A stretch of 64,000 bases of DNA from Savitreella phatthalungensis (Eukaryota): positions 186,001 through 250,000 of the forward strand of contig AP039706.1 of assembly GCA_051599415.1 (NCBI GenBank). The letters run 5' to 3'. Under the pieces are notes generated by a model. It was given only the letters and a program-made list of their open reading frames with translations. It was not told the DNA's origin and ran no database searches. Position numbers and translations under genes: made by a program. Below are positions 33,057 to 47,991 of this stretch, one piece after another (within the stretch, counting starts at the first letter, position 1; the number at the start of each line of letters is the position of its first letter).

Positions 33057-35720
33057 TCAGAAACCCTTGAGCTTGAATTTGATGCGCGAAGGTGCTGGAT
33101 CGGCGGATCTTGGAGCGACTGGCGTTGGAAGAGGAGCTTCTTCATCTTGAGAGATGTCGCCATCGTCCTCGTCATAGGAATCGTCGTCTATGTTGCGGTC
33201 ATCGTCATCGTCACCGTCAAAGCTAGCGCTCTCACCACTGCTTCGTCCATCTTCGTCACTCAGATCATCCTCGTCATCCAAACTGTCACTTTCTGGGTGT
33301 CGATTTGTCGTCTGCCAAAGCCGAGATTTGGCCATCTGCTGCTGCTGTTGTTGTTGCTGGCTTTGCGGTGTGACGGGATGGTAGGCTTCCGTGTTCTGAA
33401 GGCCTCTGGCGGCCCAGCGATCACGCCCATCGTATGTGTTGTCGGAGTATCCGTCATCGTCTTCATCGCCGTCTTCTTCGTCCGTTAAATCGGAGGAGTA
33501 GCCGTCCCTGCGTGGAGGAGATGAAGACAAGGTTCTCGATGCGCGCACGCCACGATCTCGCAGGTTCGATATTTCTGTATCGTCGTCGTTGTCGTCTGCG
33601 CTGGCGATCGAGCTGCGTCTGACGCTGGAGTAGTCTGAGACGGGTGGTGACGATGGCATGAGGAGATGTGGTCGTGATTTGTATGGTCTCGCAATCTCGT
33701 CCTCCTCGACATCTGCGGTTGCGTCAGCATCGCCTCCGACATCTGGGTCGTTCTCATCGCCCCTGCCACCCTCAGTCACAGTGCGAGCAGCTTCTCGAAT
33801 AGCGCGCGCAGCCGCACGACGGGCTCTAGCTGCGGCGGCACGACGAGCACGCTCCTTATCTTGCTTCGTCATCAGCTCCTCCGGGATCATCGTGCTCGGC
33901 GTCGGCTTGGCAGAAGAGGATTTTGCGAGCGCATCGGCTGCAACGCTACTGGTGTCGACGGCCGCTGCAGGTGGCTTGGCACTCGGGGTCGACACTGGCG
34001 GAGGAGGCTGGGCAGTGTTGGTCAGGACTGCCGCGGGAATGAGATCTTTCATGAGGAAAGCTTGCCCTTGGCCTGGCCCTTCGAGGAAGCGATCGAGGTC
34101 GGCCTGTGTGAAGGTAGGCGGCGGCTCGTTACGACGAGCTGCAATGATGCGCTCTGCACGTTTGAGCGCTGTACAGATGGTATCGGCTTCCTCGCCGGCG
34201 AGGACTGCAGCTGGCCGAGACTGATCTTCTCTAGCATTTGGCTCTTCTAACATAGGTCGGATTTCCTCGGTAGACAGGGTGTAGTCCACGGAGAGTCGCC
34301 GGGCTGGGAATGCAGTCACGTGTGACGGACGCCAATCATTATCGAGATCTTCGACACGATTCGCCGGTCGAGCGTTGATGTAGCGTGCTTCGCGGAGTAT
34401 GGCAGGAGTTGCTAAGCGCCTGCGTCGTGCTGATGCACGCGTGTATCGTAAACGCTGCCTGATGAGCTGTTCCGTGCGCACAGATTTGAATCGCTGCAAC
34501 GCGAGCTCGGTCTTAAGCTCTCCGTTGGCCCGGGATTCGGGTACACGGGTTTCGTAGAATGACCTGGCCCCGTTCGCCCTTGACGCGGTCGTGAGGTCGT
34601 CATCGTTGTCAATGTCGTACTTGCGCTTTGACGGACGTGATCGGCGGGCGGTAGGAGTCTCTCCTGCCATTGAAGCTTCTTCCTCGCGCTTGGCATTTGC
34701 GCTTGCCTGCTCCATCTCCTGTAAAGAACACGGGAGCAAGTTGCCATTGTCGTCTGTGACAATCTTGCGACGTAATGCAGCTGGCACAGGTGTTCTGCCT
34801 GTGGTTGTGGCCTCTTCGTCATCGCCGATGGCAGATTCATCGTCACCCTGCGGTTGAGCTTCTAGTTTGGCCAATGCTGCACGAAGCCATCTCTGACGCT
34901 CGTCGAACATCTCCTTTGCGTACTCAAGCTCTTCGGGCAGCTCGATGTTCTCCAGAGCCGACTGCTCCGAGTCGACTGGCCGGAGGAGAGGCACAGTGGT
35001 GGAGGCATGACCTGTACCGTATGGATTGGTAATTTGTCCTCTTGCGGTTCCGTCAGTCATCATGTAGAACCACATGAGCCAAAGAAACGCGTTTGCACGG
35101 TCGCTCGAGTCGAGATCTGGTCTGGAAAATAGCTGGTGGAAGTCCATGCCGGGCTCGAAATGTCGTTCCAGACGATCTTCCTCTGCAGAGATCACAAATA
35201 CGAGATTGATGGGCGAAGAGAATGGTGGCTCAAGGCCGGGGTCAGCCATGAGCTTCTGCAGAGCCTCGAAAGTCGGCGGAGAGATGTCTGCTCTGTCACA
35301 TGACGCCTTTAGAATCGCTTTCAGCCGAGGCGCGTCCTGCAGGAGCTTGCTGACTTTGTCATGGACCTGCAGACAAGGTACCGGGTTGAAGAGACGCATT
35401 TGCGTGGGCGTGAAGATAAGCGTAGTGTTGATGCGTCCAACATTGCAAAGCAGATTCACGTATGTCGTCTTAATACAGTTCTCCGGATCGGCCTTATGCC
35501 GGTCGTAAAGGGACTTCGAGAGTCTGGTGGAGTGGAAGAAATCCTCGAGATAGAGGTCGTAGAATGTCATTGGCGGTAGATCTGGCTCGTATTGGGACCG
35601 CCATACCTTCTTGTCATCGGCAAAGATCTTCTCGAGTGTGGAGAACTGGAGATCCAGACGAGTGAGGGCGACTCCCTCAGCTCGCTTGAGCGAAGTTGCC
35701 GCAGAATTACTCGGAGGCAT
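33057..35720 (-). CDS. IES1: INO80 complex subunit Ies1 with long acidic disordered C-terminus
   Basis: LKRAEGVALTRLDLQF, NVGRINTTL, NPVPCLQ, LQDAPRLKAILKA, RANAFLWLMWFY. First ATG 35720; frame open to 35861. Confidence 0.85.
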   Translation of the reverse strand: MPPSNSAATSLKRAEGVALTRLDLQFSTLEKIFADDKKVWRSQYEPDLPPMTFYDLYLEDFFHSTRLSKSLYDRHKADPENCIKTTYVNLLCNVGRINTTLIFTPTQMRLFNPVPCLQVHDKVSKLLQDAPRLKAILKASCDRADISPPTFEALQKLMADPGLEPPFSSPINLVFVISAEEDRLERHFEPGMDFHQLFSRPDLDSSDRANAFLWLMWFYMMTDGTARGQITNPYGTGHASTTVPLLRPVDSEQSALENIELPEELEYAKEMFDERQRWLRAALAKLEAQPQGDDESAIGDDEEATTTGRTPVPAALRRKIVTDDNGNLLPCSLQEMEQASANAKREEEASMAGETPTARRSRPSKRKYDIDNDDDLTTASRANGARSFYETRVPESRANGELKTELALQRFKSVRTEQLIRQRLRYTRASARRRRLATPAILREARYINARPANRVEDLDNDWRPSHVTAFPARRLSVDYTLSTEEIRPMLEEPNAREDQSRPAAVLAGEEADTICTALKRAERIIAARRNEPPPTFTQADLDRFLEGPGQGQAFLMKDLIPAAVLTNTAQPPPPVSTPSAKPPAAAVDTSSVAADALAKSSSAKPTPSTMIPEELMTKQDKERARRAAAARARRAAARAIREAARTVTEGGRGDENDPDVGGDADATADVEEDEIARPYKSRPHLLMPSSPPVSDYSSVRRSSIASADDNDDDTEISNLRDRGVRASRTLSSSPPRRDGYSSDLTDEEDGDEDDDGYSDNTYDGRDRWAARGLQNTEAYHPVTPQSQQQQQQQQMAKSRLWQTTNRHPESDSLDDEDDLSDEDGRSSGESASFDGDDDDDRNIDDDSYDEDDGDISQDEEAPLPTPVAPRSADPAPSRIKFKLKGF

Positions 35721-36086
35721 CAGCGCATGTTGTTGTTCGTCGCCTGATGAAGGCAATCCTCGGTGTAGGGTCTTCTGAGTCTTGTATTGTTCTGATGCCT
35801 TCAGCAGTTGTCGCTCGCGGCTTTGATCATTTACGCACGGACTCGGAAACGGTGTACTCAAAGATCTCGGACATCACGCATCCTTGTCTTTTTGTGGAGC
35901 CTCATAATATGCACGAGCGGTTGGCTACAGGCCTATATTAGTACACATTACTGAAAGTCGAAAGCTGAAGCCTCAGCACAGACACAAGATCGCATGCAGC
36001 GAGTGTATACATTGTACAGACACTGGAAACGTCATGATTACATCAAATGCATTACTTTGACCGTGCTGCTAGTAGCCTCCTAGAGC

Positions 36087-37304
36087 TCAGACCTTTCCGT
36101 AGTCGAGCTTTGTCTCTAGCTTTTTCATTTCTGCTACTTTGCGAACGGCTTTCTGGAGGTCTTCCTGGATGAGGTGATCTCTGTCGGCACGAATAGAGAA
36201 GAAGGCACCTTCAGTGACGACGTTTCTGAGATCTGCGCCGTTGAAGCCGTCCGAGAGCTTGACGATTGCCTCGAGGTCAAACTCGCCGTCCTGCTTGACA
36301 CCAGTCATGTGGATCTTCAGGATCTCCATTCGCCCAACTTCGTTCGGCAGGGGGATCTCGATCTTACGATCGAGTCGACCGGGACGGAGAAGTGCAGGAT
36401 CAAGGGTATCTGGTCTGTTTGTGGCCATGATGACCTTTGTCTGGCCGAGGTAGTCGAAGCCGTCGAGACAGTTGAGCAGCTCCATCAAAGTACGCTGAAT
36501 CTCTCGATCTGCTGATGTTCCCTCACTGAATCGGCGTCCGCCGATGGCATCGATCTCGTCCATGAAGATGATGCATGGCTCGTGCTCTTTTGCATATGCA
36601 AACATCTCTCGGATCAATCTTGCACTTTCACCGATGTACTTGTCCACGATTGCAGACGAGACCACCTTAAGGAAGTTGGTGTCGAGTGTGGAGGCGACTG
36701 CACGTGCCAGCAATGTCTTGCCTGTTCCCGGTGGACCGTAGAGGAGGACGCCCTTTGGAGGCTTGATACCGACTCGGAGGAAGAGTTCAGGGTTTTTGAG
36801 GGGTAGCTCGATGACCTCGCGCACTTCCCGAATCTGCTCGTTCAAGCCGCCAATACCTGCAAAGTTGATTTTGCCGGGATCCTCCAGCGACATGTTGTAG
36901 ACAAGTGGATCGACCTCGCGAGGCAGGATCCGCATGATTGTAAGCGTCGTCATGTCAAGACTGACGCGGACTCCCTGCTTCAATTTGCTTTTCCGCAAGT
37001 TGTTGCGGCAGCCTACGATATAACGTGGTCCACTCGATGCCTTGACAATGAAGCGTTCGTCATCTAGCTGCTTGAGCACTTCGCCAATGATCTGACCAAC
37101 TGACTGTAATGCCTTCATGTCATCTTCCGTCTTTTGATACTTCTTGTCTAGGTCGCGGATGTTGAGCCGCAAGGCTTTGAGCTTATCATCGAATTCGCGG
37201 TGCTCGACCAACTTCCGTCTGAAGCCACCAAGAGCGCGAGTTCGTGGATCCTCTGGTTCTTGTGATGGTGCCTGCTCCGAGAGCAACGGCTGTGTGTCTG
37301 CCAT
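36087..37304 (-). CDS. RPT4: 26S proteasome AAA-ATPase Rpt4
   Basis: [60 protein letters not shown]. Confidence 0.96.
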   Translation of the reverse strand: MADTQPLLSEQAPSQEPEDPRTRALGGFRRKLVEHREFDDKLKALRLNIRDLDKKYQKTEDDMKALQSVGQIIGEVLKQLDDERFIVKASSGPRYIVGCRNNLRKSKLKQGVRVSLDMTTLTIMRILPREVDPLVYNMSLEDPGKINFAGIGGLNEQIREVREVIELPLKNPELFLRVGIKPPKGVLLYGPPGTGKTLLARAVASTLDTNFLKVVSSAIVDKYIGESARLIREMFAYAKEHEPCIIFMDEIDAIGGRRFSEGTSADREIQRTLMELLNCLDGFDYLGQTKVIMATNRPDTLDPALLRPGRLDRKIEIPLPNEVGRMEILKIHMTGVKQDGEFDLEAIVKLSDGFNGADLRNVVTEGAFFSIRADRDHLIQEDLQKAVRKVAEMKKLETKLDYGKV

Positions 37305-37684
37305 GACGCAAAGTGACCGAGCTGTCTATGATCTTGTATGCTGGATTACGATGAGCTTTGGTTGTCTGGCGCGTTAACTTATGATGGACACAGCCAGTCG
37401 TTCACCTTTGTTGCATGACGCGCGTCGATTTAGAACCTCATATGAGCGGCCGTAGTGCTGCTGCATCCGATTGCTTGCTCGGATTCTGTAAATTCGTATG
37501 ACCTGCAGAGGTTCAGGTGTTGCTCAAAGCATGAGTTTTCACCTGGATGCACAAGTCGAACGCAGGGAAGATTGTATCAATGCAAGTAAATATGGAGGTG
37601 AGAAGAAGAGTAGGTAGATGAAAAGGGGACGTGGTCATTACTATGGTCGTATACCTGGTCTACAAGAAAGAGGTCTGCTTGGCG

Positions 37685-38800
<1,116 letters not shown>

Positions 38801-39090
38801 TCAGGGAGAGTAGAATACTTCTTGTGAATGTCTATGCAGGTAATCTGGAAACAAAGCCCAAGAGTTCTCGGTAGAAGCCTTGTTCAGGAGTGGATATGAC
38901 GATGTACCTGCCGGCTTTCTCGAGTCAGTCACAAAATCCGACCTATAGTGAGTTTTACACGCATCTACAAAATCGATGTATTCATGCGCCCTCAAAGATT
39001 TTTCTGAACACTAATCAGCGTTCGTCTTTGAGCCGTGATGGCTGAGGATGCAGCGTTTGGGTTGGCCAAAGATGCGAGAGAAGTGAATGC

Positions 39091-39150
39091 ATGAATGAAT
39101 GCATGAATGAATGCATGAATGAATGCAGGAAGAAATGAATGAACGAATGC
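39091..39150. repeat. 12-bp tandem repeat (ATGAATGAATGC)x3 plus a degenerate copy
   Basis: Perfect copies at 39091-39102, 39103-39114 and 39115-39126. Confidence 0.85.
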
Positions 39151-40340
39151 ATAATCCCGTGATTCACTCGCTCTTGAGAGTCCAGACCGCGAACTACTTT
39201 TCACCTTGACAAGCTCATCTGGCTATTCCTATTAGGGTTGATTTGCTTTAAACATTGACAGAGGCTCCAGAGTCATCTTCTGAATGCACGAAAGCACGAA
39301 AGCACGGGAGTGATGGCATGTGGTCGAGTTAGAAACAGTTCGATCTCATGGACCACTTCAGCAACAATCCGACAAATATTCAGCAACAGCCTTGCGACCG
39401 GATAATTTTGCTCTCTATTGGGGGGTCCAGACACTGAGTGCTGACTTCATAGTCGCACGTCTCAAGGAAGCAATCTCTGGCCAGCCTTTCTACGAGCCTC
39501 AATCACGCTGATGATGATGACAACCTCACGTGTGGCAATCCTAGAGCTCTACGGTGTTGAGGCTGACAAAAGGTTTGACTCACAGGAGCCGGGCAGCTGT
39601 GGAGATTTAGCATTTGTCTGCATGAGAAACACTTCAGACACGGGATTACACCAAGGATGGATGTACTCGAGGGCAATGCATAACTTTGTGTGTGTGCTGA
39701 CCTAAATTTGAGTGTACACAAAGTCAAAGTCAAAGCCAAAGCCAGAGTTTCAAGCTGTATCTGAGAACCAAAGGGCGTGTACCCATCGAGTCGTTGTCTA
39801 TGCACGGCACGTTATCAATGAGAGCGACCCATCCAAACTCATGTCTGTGTGAATGTGCATATGAACGATAATATTTGTCCATAGGGTGATCAATCCAATC
39901 TACCGTGTGAATGATATTTGGTGTTTCTGACGTCTGGATCTACCAACTTTTCGAATGACTCTTCGATTGTTCATGGCACGGGGGCAGGATGCATGAGAGA
40001 ATGGCCACCGATTCGATCTCAACCAATCATGAACAGCTTTTTTGAATCGAAGGCATTTTGGTGTGTGTTATGATTTACCTCCATCAGATCTGAGCTGGAT
40101 GGGATAGTGTTGAGATGAAATTTGATATATGATACAGCTGTAGAGATGCAGCCACTAAAGCGATTTCAAACTTGACTTTGATTTAGGTTCAGATATTCCA
40201 CTCAGACAACGATCACTATAATTTAGTTGCAGACTGGAATCTGTAACTCTTTTTGACTGGCTCAACTACGATTTTGATTGTTTCCACTCAGGCACCTGGC
40301 TGTGACGCGTTCCAGGGCACAAATGCTCAACCACACACTC

Positions 40341-40418
40341 TCACACTCACACTCACACTCACACTCACACTCACACTCACACTCACACTCACACTCACAC
40401 TCACACTCACACTCACAC
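40341..40418. repeat. Hexanucleotide microsatellite (TCACAC)x13 upstream of DED1
   Basis: Perfect 78-nt array. Confidence 0.95.
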
Positions 40419-40698
40419 AGACGTAACACTCAGTCACTCACGCACTCACTCAGCCAGTCACTCACTCAATCACTCGACGCCTCCTCTCTCGCTCACCGTC
40501 ACTCCTAACAGCCTCCAGGCACCTTAGCCAGCAGACCGCAACCATCTACCACGTAACCCCCTCACGCACGCGCGCGCGCGCTCTCCCAACCTCGCTCACT
40601 CTCACTATCACACAGACCTTTGCGCTTCCAGGAACAAGGTCAGCCGCGCGGGGCTCAATCACTTAAAAACTTCATCAATCACATGATACTCTTCATAG

Positions 40699-42720
<2,022 letters not shown>

Positions 42721-43273
42721 ATACACCCCCAAGAAACCCCATATGCGACTGTGGACGTCTTCATTGACAGCTCTGCATTCGCACACCATCAAATCCGACA
42801 TCCCAATCATTTCCATCCAACAAGCTCTTTCTCTCCCGTGACATCGCGACAACGACGATACATTCACAAACAGCAAATCATCAACAACTCTTCCCCTTTT
42901 TTTCATTCACCGATTCCCTCGCTCCCCTTAAAGCTCTTCTCTCGTGAGACGACTTCAAGTGCGACTTGGGTTGGTTTTAATTAACGAGAACCGGCAACGA
43001 CTAGACACGACGACGATGAATGACTCAAAAAAAGGGAAGATAGATAGACACCTCTTTGGCCCCCCTTTGCCTTTTATTCCAATAGACGACAGGCAGTCCT
43101 CACAGCAACTTACAATCACCTCCGAGGACTGACTTGACATTTTAAAACTCCATCTCCAGAAGGGGGCCATCCGGCCTTCGCCTACGCCGCTTGACAGGTA
43201 CATGGACCTCGCGTGTCCTCACCTCATCTCGGCTCTAGCAATGTATCCTTAGCTACCATCTCTCTCGCAGTCT

Positions 43274-43799
43274 TCATTGCCCTTGCAGCGTGACGACAAC
43301 CTTTCTGGATTGCCGGCTGGTGCGGAACTCGCACAGCTGGACGTCTTGCCAGGTACCGAGGTAGAAGTCACCGTCCTTGATTGGCACAGTGACGCTAGAT
43401 CCGACGAGGGACGACTTGACGTGCGATGGCATATCGTCAGGGCCCTCTGCAGAGTGCTCGTACTCCACATCGTCCTTCCCACCGTGCTGACGTCGACCTC
43501 CCTGAGCATTCGACTCCGGAACGATCCGATCCATCGCCGTCGACAAATCCGCTCGCGAAGCTGGGTCCCAATTCTCGTTGATCGTCAAGCCGGCACTCGT
43601 GTGGAGGATGAATATATGTGCGATCCCTATCTTGAACCGGCGCAAATCCGACCCCAAGGACTCGCGCAGGGCAGGTGTGATGATATGGAAACCTTTCCCA
43701 TTGCTAGGTAGTGATATACTTTGTATCGCAGCACAGGTCAGCTTCGTGAATCAACATTGGGATCTGGGAGGATGCGTACGTCTTTTGAAACCAGGACAT
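43274..43799 (-). CDS. YjbQ/UPF0047 family protein, 154 aa, 2 exons (43780-43799, 43274-43718)
   Basis: A 61-nt intron (43719-43779; GTACGC...CTGAC...AAG) joins MSWFQKT to ISLPSNGKGFHIIT; HTSAGLTINENWDP, HSAEGPDDMPSHVKSSLVG, LGTWQ. Confidence 0.9.
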
Positions 43800-45091
43800 A
43801 CTTAGCGCTGTAGAGATCCTTTGGACCAGTGGTGAATCAGCCAGCCACGGGTCTGGTGCCTAGTGAGTGATCTTCTTTGGCTGGTGAAGTGACCTCATAG
43901 ATGCATTCGACAGTTTGCCGTTGCGGAGTGTCTAGCACGTGCTGGATAAAATAAATTCTGTCAAGATTGATTTACCTGCGGTCGAGTGGTCAGAACTGGG
44001 CAAATCTGATGCACACGTGTCTGATTCTTCAGTCTAGACGCCTTGTTCGTGAGATGATGTCGTCGTCTGACACACATAGTTGGCAAAGCTACATCAGTCT
44101 TGTCCGTTGTGAAGTCAGAAGACCTGTTGCGTCCTTCTGCCCCTAGTACTGTCCCTTATCAATGGGTATGTGCCTGTTCTGTACGCCGTCGGGACTCCGG
44201 CGGTCGCCGTCGAGTCGCTCTAGAAGTGGCTCGACGTCCATGCTCCTGCATGTTGAGACCGTTGTCATGTCTGTACATTCTCGACGAGTGGAGACAGTGG
44301 AGATGTGTCTCGAACGCTAGCATTCGGGAATCTGCCGTCAGCCTGAACTGACATGCTGTCGTGAATCGTGATAGTGAACGCCGTCCAGCGAGAAGGTCTT
44401 CGGGTTGAGTGCAACGATCAGTGCCCGGAGGATGTGCTCATTTTGCGTCTCGCTGAGCTTCAGGCGTCCTCGACAGCGAGATCGGTGTGAGTGATCGATG
44501 ATCGTCCGGCGTGTTAGAGCGCTGCCCTCGTCGTCGCTCTTCTTCTTGATTGAATGGCAAACCAGTCAATGGCGATGCGTCTCGGCACGCGCATGGGACT
44601 TTGGTTCCGTAAGAGCTCTCTTTCGTGATTTGTCATGCTCGTTCAACCTGTCAGACAAGGTAGGAAATGTGATAGCTTTGCTGCGTGATGAGCACACCTT
44701 TCCAAGTTGAGTCGCGTGGGATGTGTATGTCCGGATCGCCACAATGCGAGCGCCCCAGCGTCGTCAGAGTCTGCGAGGAAGACGCTCGAGGTCTTGATCA
44801 AGTCTTGCTACCCTGATGAGGCCGATGTCTGCCGGTAGCCTCTCTTGCTTCTAAAAATAGGATATCCAGAGTAGAAAGGCCAGCTTGCCTGACGCGTCAT
44901 AGACAGCTTCAAGCTTAGCCTAAGTTGATTAAATTCATTCCCCGAGCATTCCTTCAATCACAGGAGGCTGCACTGCTCAATGCAGATCCATTGAGGAACG
45001 CGTCTCAGCCTACCCACTGATCCTTCGTCTCGCACATCACCAACAACATAAATAGCTCGATGCGAAGTACTTTCCTGCAAACTCAGACACC

Positions 45092-45856
45092 ATGAGCGCC
45101 CAGACACTATCGACTGCCAACACTCCTACTCGCGAGCAAGACAGCGTGGGAGCAATATCATCATGGTCCTCTTTGGACTTTGCGGAATGTATTCGATTGC
45201 CTGGTAAATCGAGATACAGCACAGTGTATTTGCGGGCGGAACCTTACAATGCCCCTGCGGATACACCATCCGCCTCCATCATCCTTATCAACCGACGCGT
45301 CGTCCAATCAGGACCGGACGCAGTAGGAAAACTTTGCCTCGAATTTGCCGACCTCGATATCGGAAAACCCACATACGCATACACGGCTCGGGACTTCACG
45401 AGCTACCGCGTTGAGGCACGAACGTTCGAGAAAGGGTTGCAAGGATCGCTGGGTCTTGAGCACGGAGTAAACGCGGCCGTCACAGGTCATACCGACCGCA
45501 GCCTCACGGTTGAAAACCGGGGTTGCGTCGAGTATGAACTCACTCGTTTTACAATCGCTGGCACCCCACGCTTTCGACCGAAGATGAAGCTGCCCACTGC
45601 GGCTTTAACTCCTGGTGCTCATCGCATCACGATCCCAATTACGATACAACAAATGATCGGACGCTCTTTGTGGGCGTTCCGATCAGCCTCCTTCTCCGCT
45701 GACGATGCGGCCGTCAGCTCTCGCTCGCTGAAATGGCGACTGACTACGAAAGGAAGCGCCAACGGTCCGATGTGGACCGTGTTGAGCGGTTCCTACACTC
45801 CAAGCTCGGACGTGACGCAACTCGTCCGCGACAGCGACTTCTGGAATCGCCTGTAG
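45092..45856 (+). CDS. Orphan hypothetical protein (254 aa, beta-rich); intact member of a local three-copy family
   Basis: ATG ORF with CATAAATA about 45 nt upstream; protein-level similarity to two decayed copies at 47.4-48.6 kb. Confidence 0.72.
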   Translation: MSAQTLSTANTPTREQDSVGAISSWSSLDFAECIRLPGKSRYSTVYLRAEPYNAPADTPSASIILINRRVVQSGPDAVGKLCLEFADLDIGKPTYAYTARDFTSYRVEARTFEKGLQGSLGLEHGVNAAVTGHTDRSLTVENRGCVEYELTRFTIAGTPRFRPKMKLPTAALTPGAHRITIPITIQQMIGRSLWAFRSASFSADDAAVSSRSLKWRLTTKGSANGPMWTVLSGSYTPSSDVTQLVRDSDFWNRL

Positions 45857-46082
45857 TAGGCTATCCTCCCATTCACGTGTTCACTCTGGTTTTTGCTCAG
45901 TACTTCGTAATTCGTAAATAATAATAAGTTTGATTGACTATCGATTGTGTAACGCTGTAAGCGTGTAAGTGATGCGAGTAACGAGCTACCGCTGAGTAAA
46001 CATGAGGTTTAAAACGAGGTTAGAGGACGAGTGGTAGCACCACCACCTGTGGCTGATACCACGATCACAGATTGACTTTAAA

Positions 46083-47057
46083 CTACAGCTCTCGAGTGGC
46101 TTTGACATGCTTGATACTGTTAAGCAGTTCCGCATCGGGCGAGTCAAGATTGTCAGGATTGATGTAGTCGATGAAGCGATGAACGCGCTGAAGCCAGCCT
46201 TTGCCTGACATTTCACGACGTAGCCTGCTATACTGCTGTTGAATACCTCGATAAAACTCATGTCGATCATGGCCGGGTTGATGAGCACGAGAACAGGGGC
46301 CGACGTTAACAGCACATCCGGCGATGAACACTGTTTTGCCGCGTCTTTGGCGACAGGAGACCTGAGCACCGCCGTCCTTTTCGTCGCAGGAAGGGACGAG
46401 CCCCGGCGGCATCTTGACGGCCTGGACAGCATCATAGAAAGGCAATGACCTTGAAACATCTGTACAGACAGCCACCATCGCCTCTGTCTGCTTTTGAGCA
46501 TGCGTTCGAAGCTGAAGCCACAGGATGATACCTATGTCTCCGAGCCACGGTAACGGCTTCGATGCATCTTCAGCTGGCTCGGCGGTTACCACGACACAGT
46601 TTCCGTCCAGCCGAACATTGACAATCGCTGCACCTTGCTGATCCGGTGGACTGACCATCGTCCGTCCCGCTTTGGTGATGCGTCGATATTCTTGCCCAGG
46701 TAACCACGCTTCTGATTCGGAGTCCTCGACGAGACCGCCACCGAGAGTGTCCGTCCAGCGGTTGGACATCGAGAACAGCCTGTAAGAGACCCAAGCTATA
46801 TCCGCAGGGGTCTTAGGTTGCAGGTAGCTATCGACAAATGCACAAGTGCGTTGGTCCGTGACTTGATCTGCCGCTGTGTTCAGACCGACCTCAAATTTGA
46901 GGGTCCAGAGTCTATCGATCGCGAGCATCGCGCCGGGTTTGAAGCTGAGAGCAAAGTCAGCGTCCATGTGAGCTGCCGTGAGAGGCATATGTATCTGCGT
47001 AAAGATCTCTGTAGCCGCAGCGTGAGCGCTGAATTCGTTGTGTGAGTGGAAATGCAT
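46083..47057 (-). CDS. Orphan hypothetical protein (324 aa)
   Basis: 975-nt ATG ORF with TATAAA (minus) about 40-45 nt upstream. No family recognised. Confidence 0.65.
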   Translation of the reverse strand: MHFHSHNEFSAHAAATEIFTQIHMPLTAAHMDADFALSFKPGAMLAIDRLWTLKFEVGLNTAADQVTDQRTCAFVDSYLQPKTPADIAWVSYRLFSMSNRWTDTLGGGLVEDSESEAWLPGQEYRRITKAGRTMVSPPDQQGAAIVNVRLDGNCVVVTAEPAEDASKPLPWLGDIGIILWLQLRTHAQKQTEAMVAVCTDVSRSLPFYDAVQAVKMPPGLVPSCDEKDGGAQVSCRQRRGKTVFIAGCAVNVGPCSRAHQPGHDRHEFYRGIQQQYSRLRREMSGKGWLQRVHRFIDYINPDNLDSPDAELLNSIKHVKATREL

Positions 47058-47379
47058 CGGTGAGTCATCCGAACAAGATGCTGGCCGAGACCATGTTTAT
47101 AGAGAACGATGATGTGACCTGAGAGTATCACGATTTTGCAAGCGTCGGTGACATTCCGTACACGCGACTTGCAAAAGCCCTTTGCCACGTCATATGGCAG
47201 GAAAGCTGCTCCGCGCTGCAACGAACGAATACCCACGACGGATGTGAAGCGCGCGGTCGAGCACTCTGGGTGCCTTGCAGAAGTCTCCTGTCAAAGCTAC
47301 CAGGTCTTCCCCGACAATGTTTGATGATAGCACCTCATCCAGGCTGCATATTGAAAGGCTGTTTGAGCTTATCGAGGTT

Positions 47380-47991
47380 GACAATGTCAATTGCGTCGAG
47401 ACTGCGGAATAGATGCTACGGCTTAGCACGATCTGGAGCTGTTATTTCACGACTTTGACGTGTGTCTCAGCCACGGCCAGACGCTGTCGGCAGACTTCGC
47501 CTGGAGATTGACGAGATCAACAGCAGCAATCCTGCGCACGAGTACACCGCTCGTGACATCGGAAGCTACCGCGTCGAGAAAGGGACTTTCAATAAAGATC
47601 TCGATGGCACGCTAGGCATAAAGCTCGGTCTGAACGCAGCCATGTCAGGACATGCAGGATCAAGGCTTACTGTTATCAACGGTAACGAGGATAAGGATTT
47701 GTCTATGTAGCAAGCTACCGTGGCTGCATCGAATACGAACTGATGCGGTTCACCGTCGCCGGCACACAGCGATTCGACTTGAAGATCAAGTTACTCACCG
47801 CAGTTTTGGCTGCAGGTGCTCACCGCATCGCCATCCCGATAACCATACAAAACATGATCGGACGTTCCTTGTGGGCGTTCCGCACAACGGCCTTCAGTGC
47901 TGACGACGCGACCGCCAGCACTCGTTCGCTGAGATGGTATCACCCCATCAATCGAAGCCGATCACAAAAGTTGCTTCGTGGGCCTTACTGA
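47380..47991 (+). pseudogene. Decayed paralog (copy 2) of 45092-45856
   Basis: PDAVGRLRLE...YTARDIGSYRVE...GTLGIKLGLNAAMSGH and YRGCIEYEL.RFTVAG...AHRIAIPITIQNMIGRSLWAFR match the intact gene. In-frame TGA just upstream of 47462, frame break at about 47681-47712, truncated end. Confidence 0.75.

Noticed and set aside
40341..40418. (TCACAC)13 as a telomeric repeat or CRISPR-like array
   Set aside because: Internal location, no spacers, not a recognised telomere unit; an ordinary microsatellite.
40278..40508. ORF with SHSHSH repeats (also VCVCV/THTH ORFs at 14064-14488 and FIHA repeats at 38992-39204)
   Set aside because: Translations of microsatellites in promoter DNA.
44050..44850. Possible gene or degenerate repeat (two short ORFs share QWRCVS)
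   Set aside because: The frames I translated are interrupted and nothing is recognisable; may be a very old pseudogene but cannot be supported.
47682..47710. 29-nt GT...AG segment whose removal would restore the frame of copy A2
   Set aside because: Very short, no CTRAC branch site, and an upstream in-frame stop already breaks the copy; would need junction reads.
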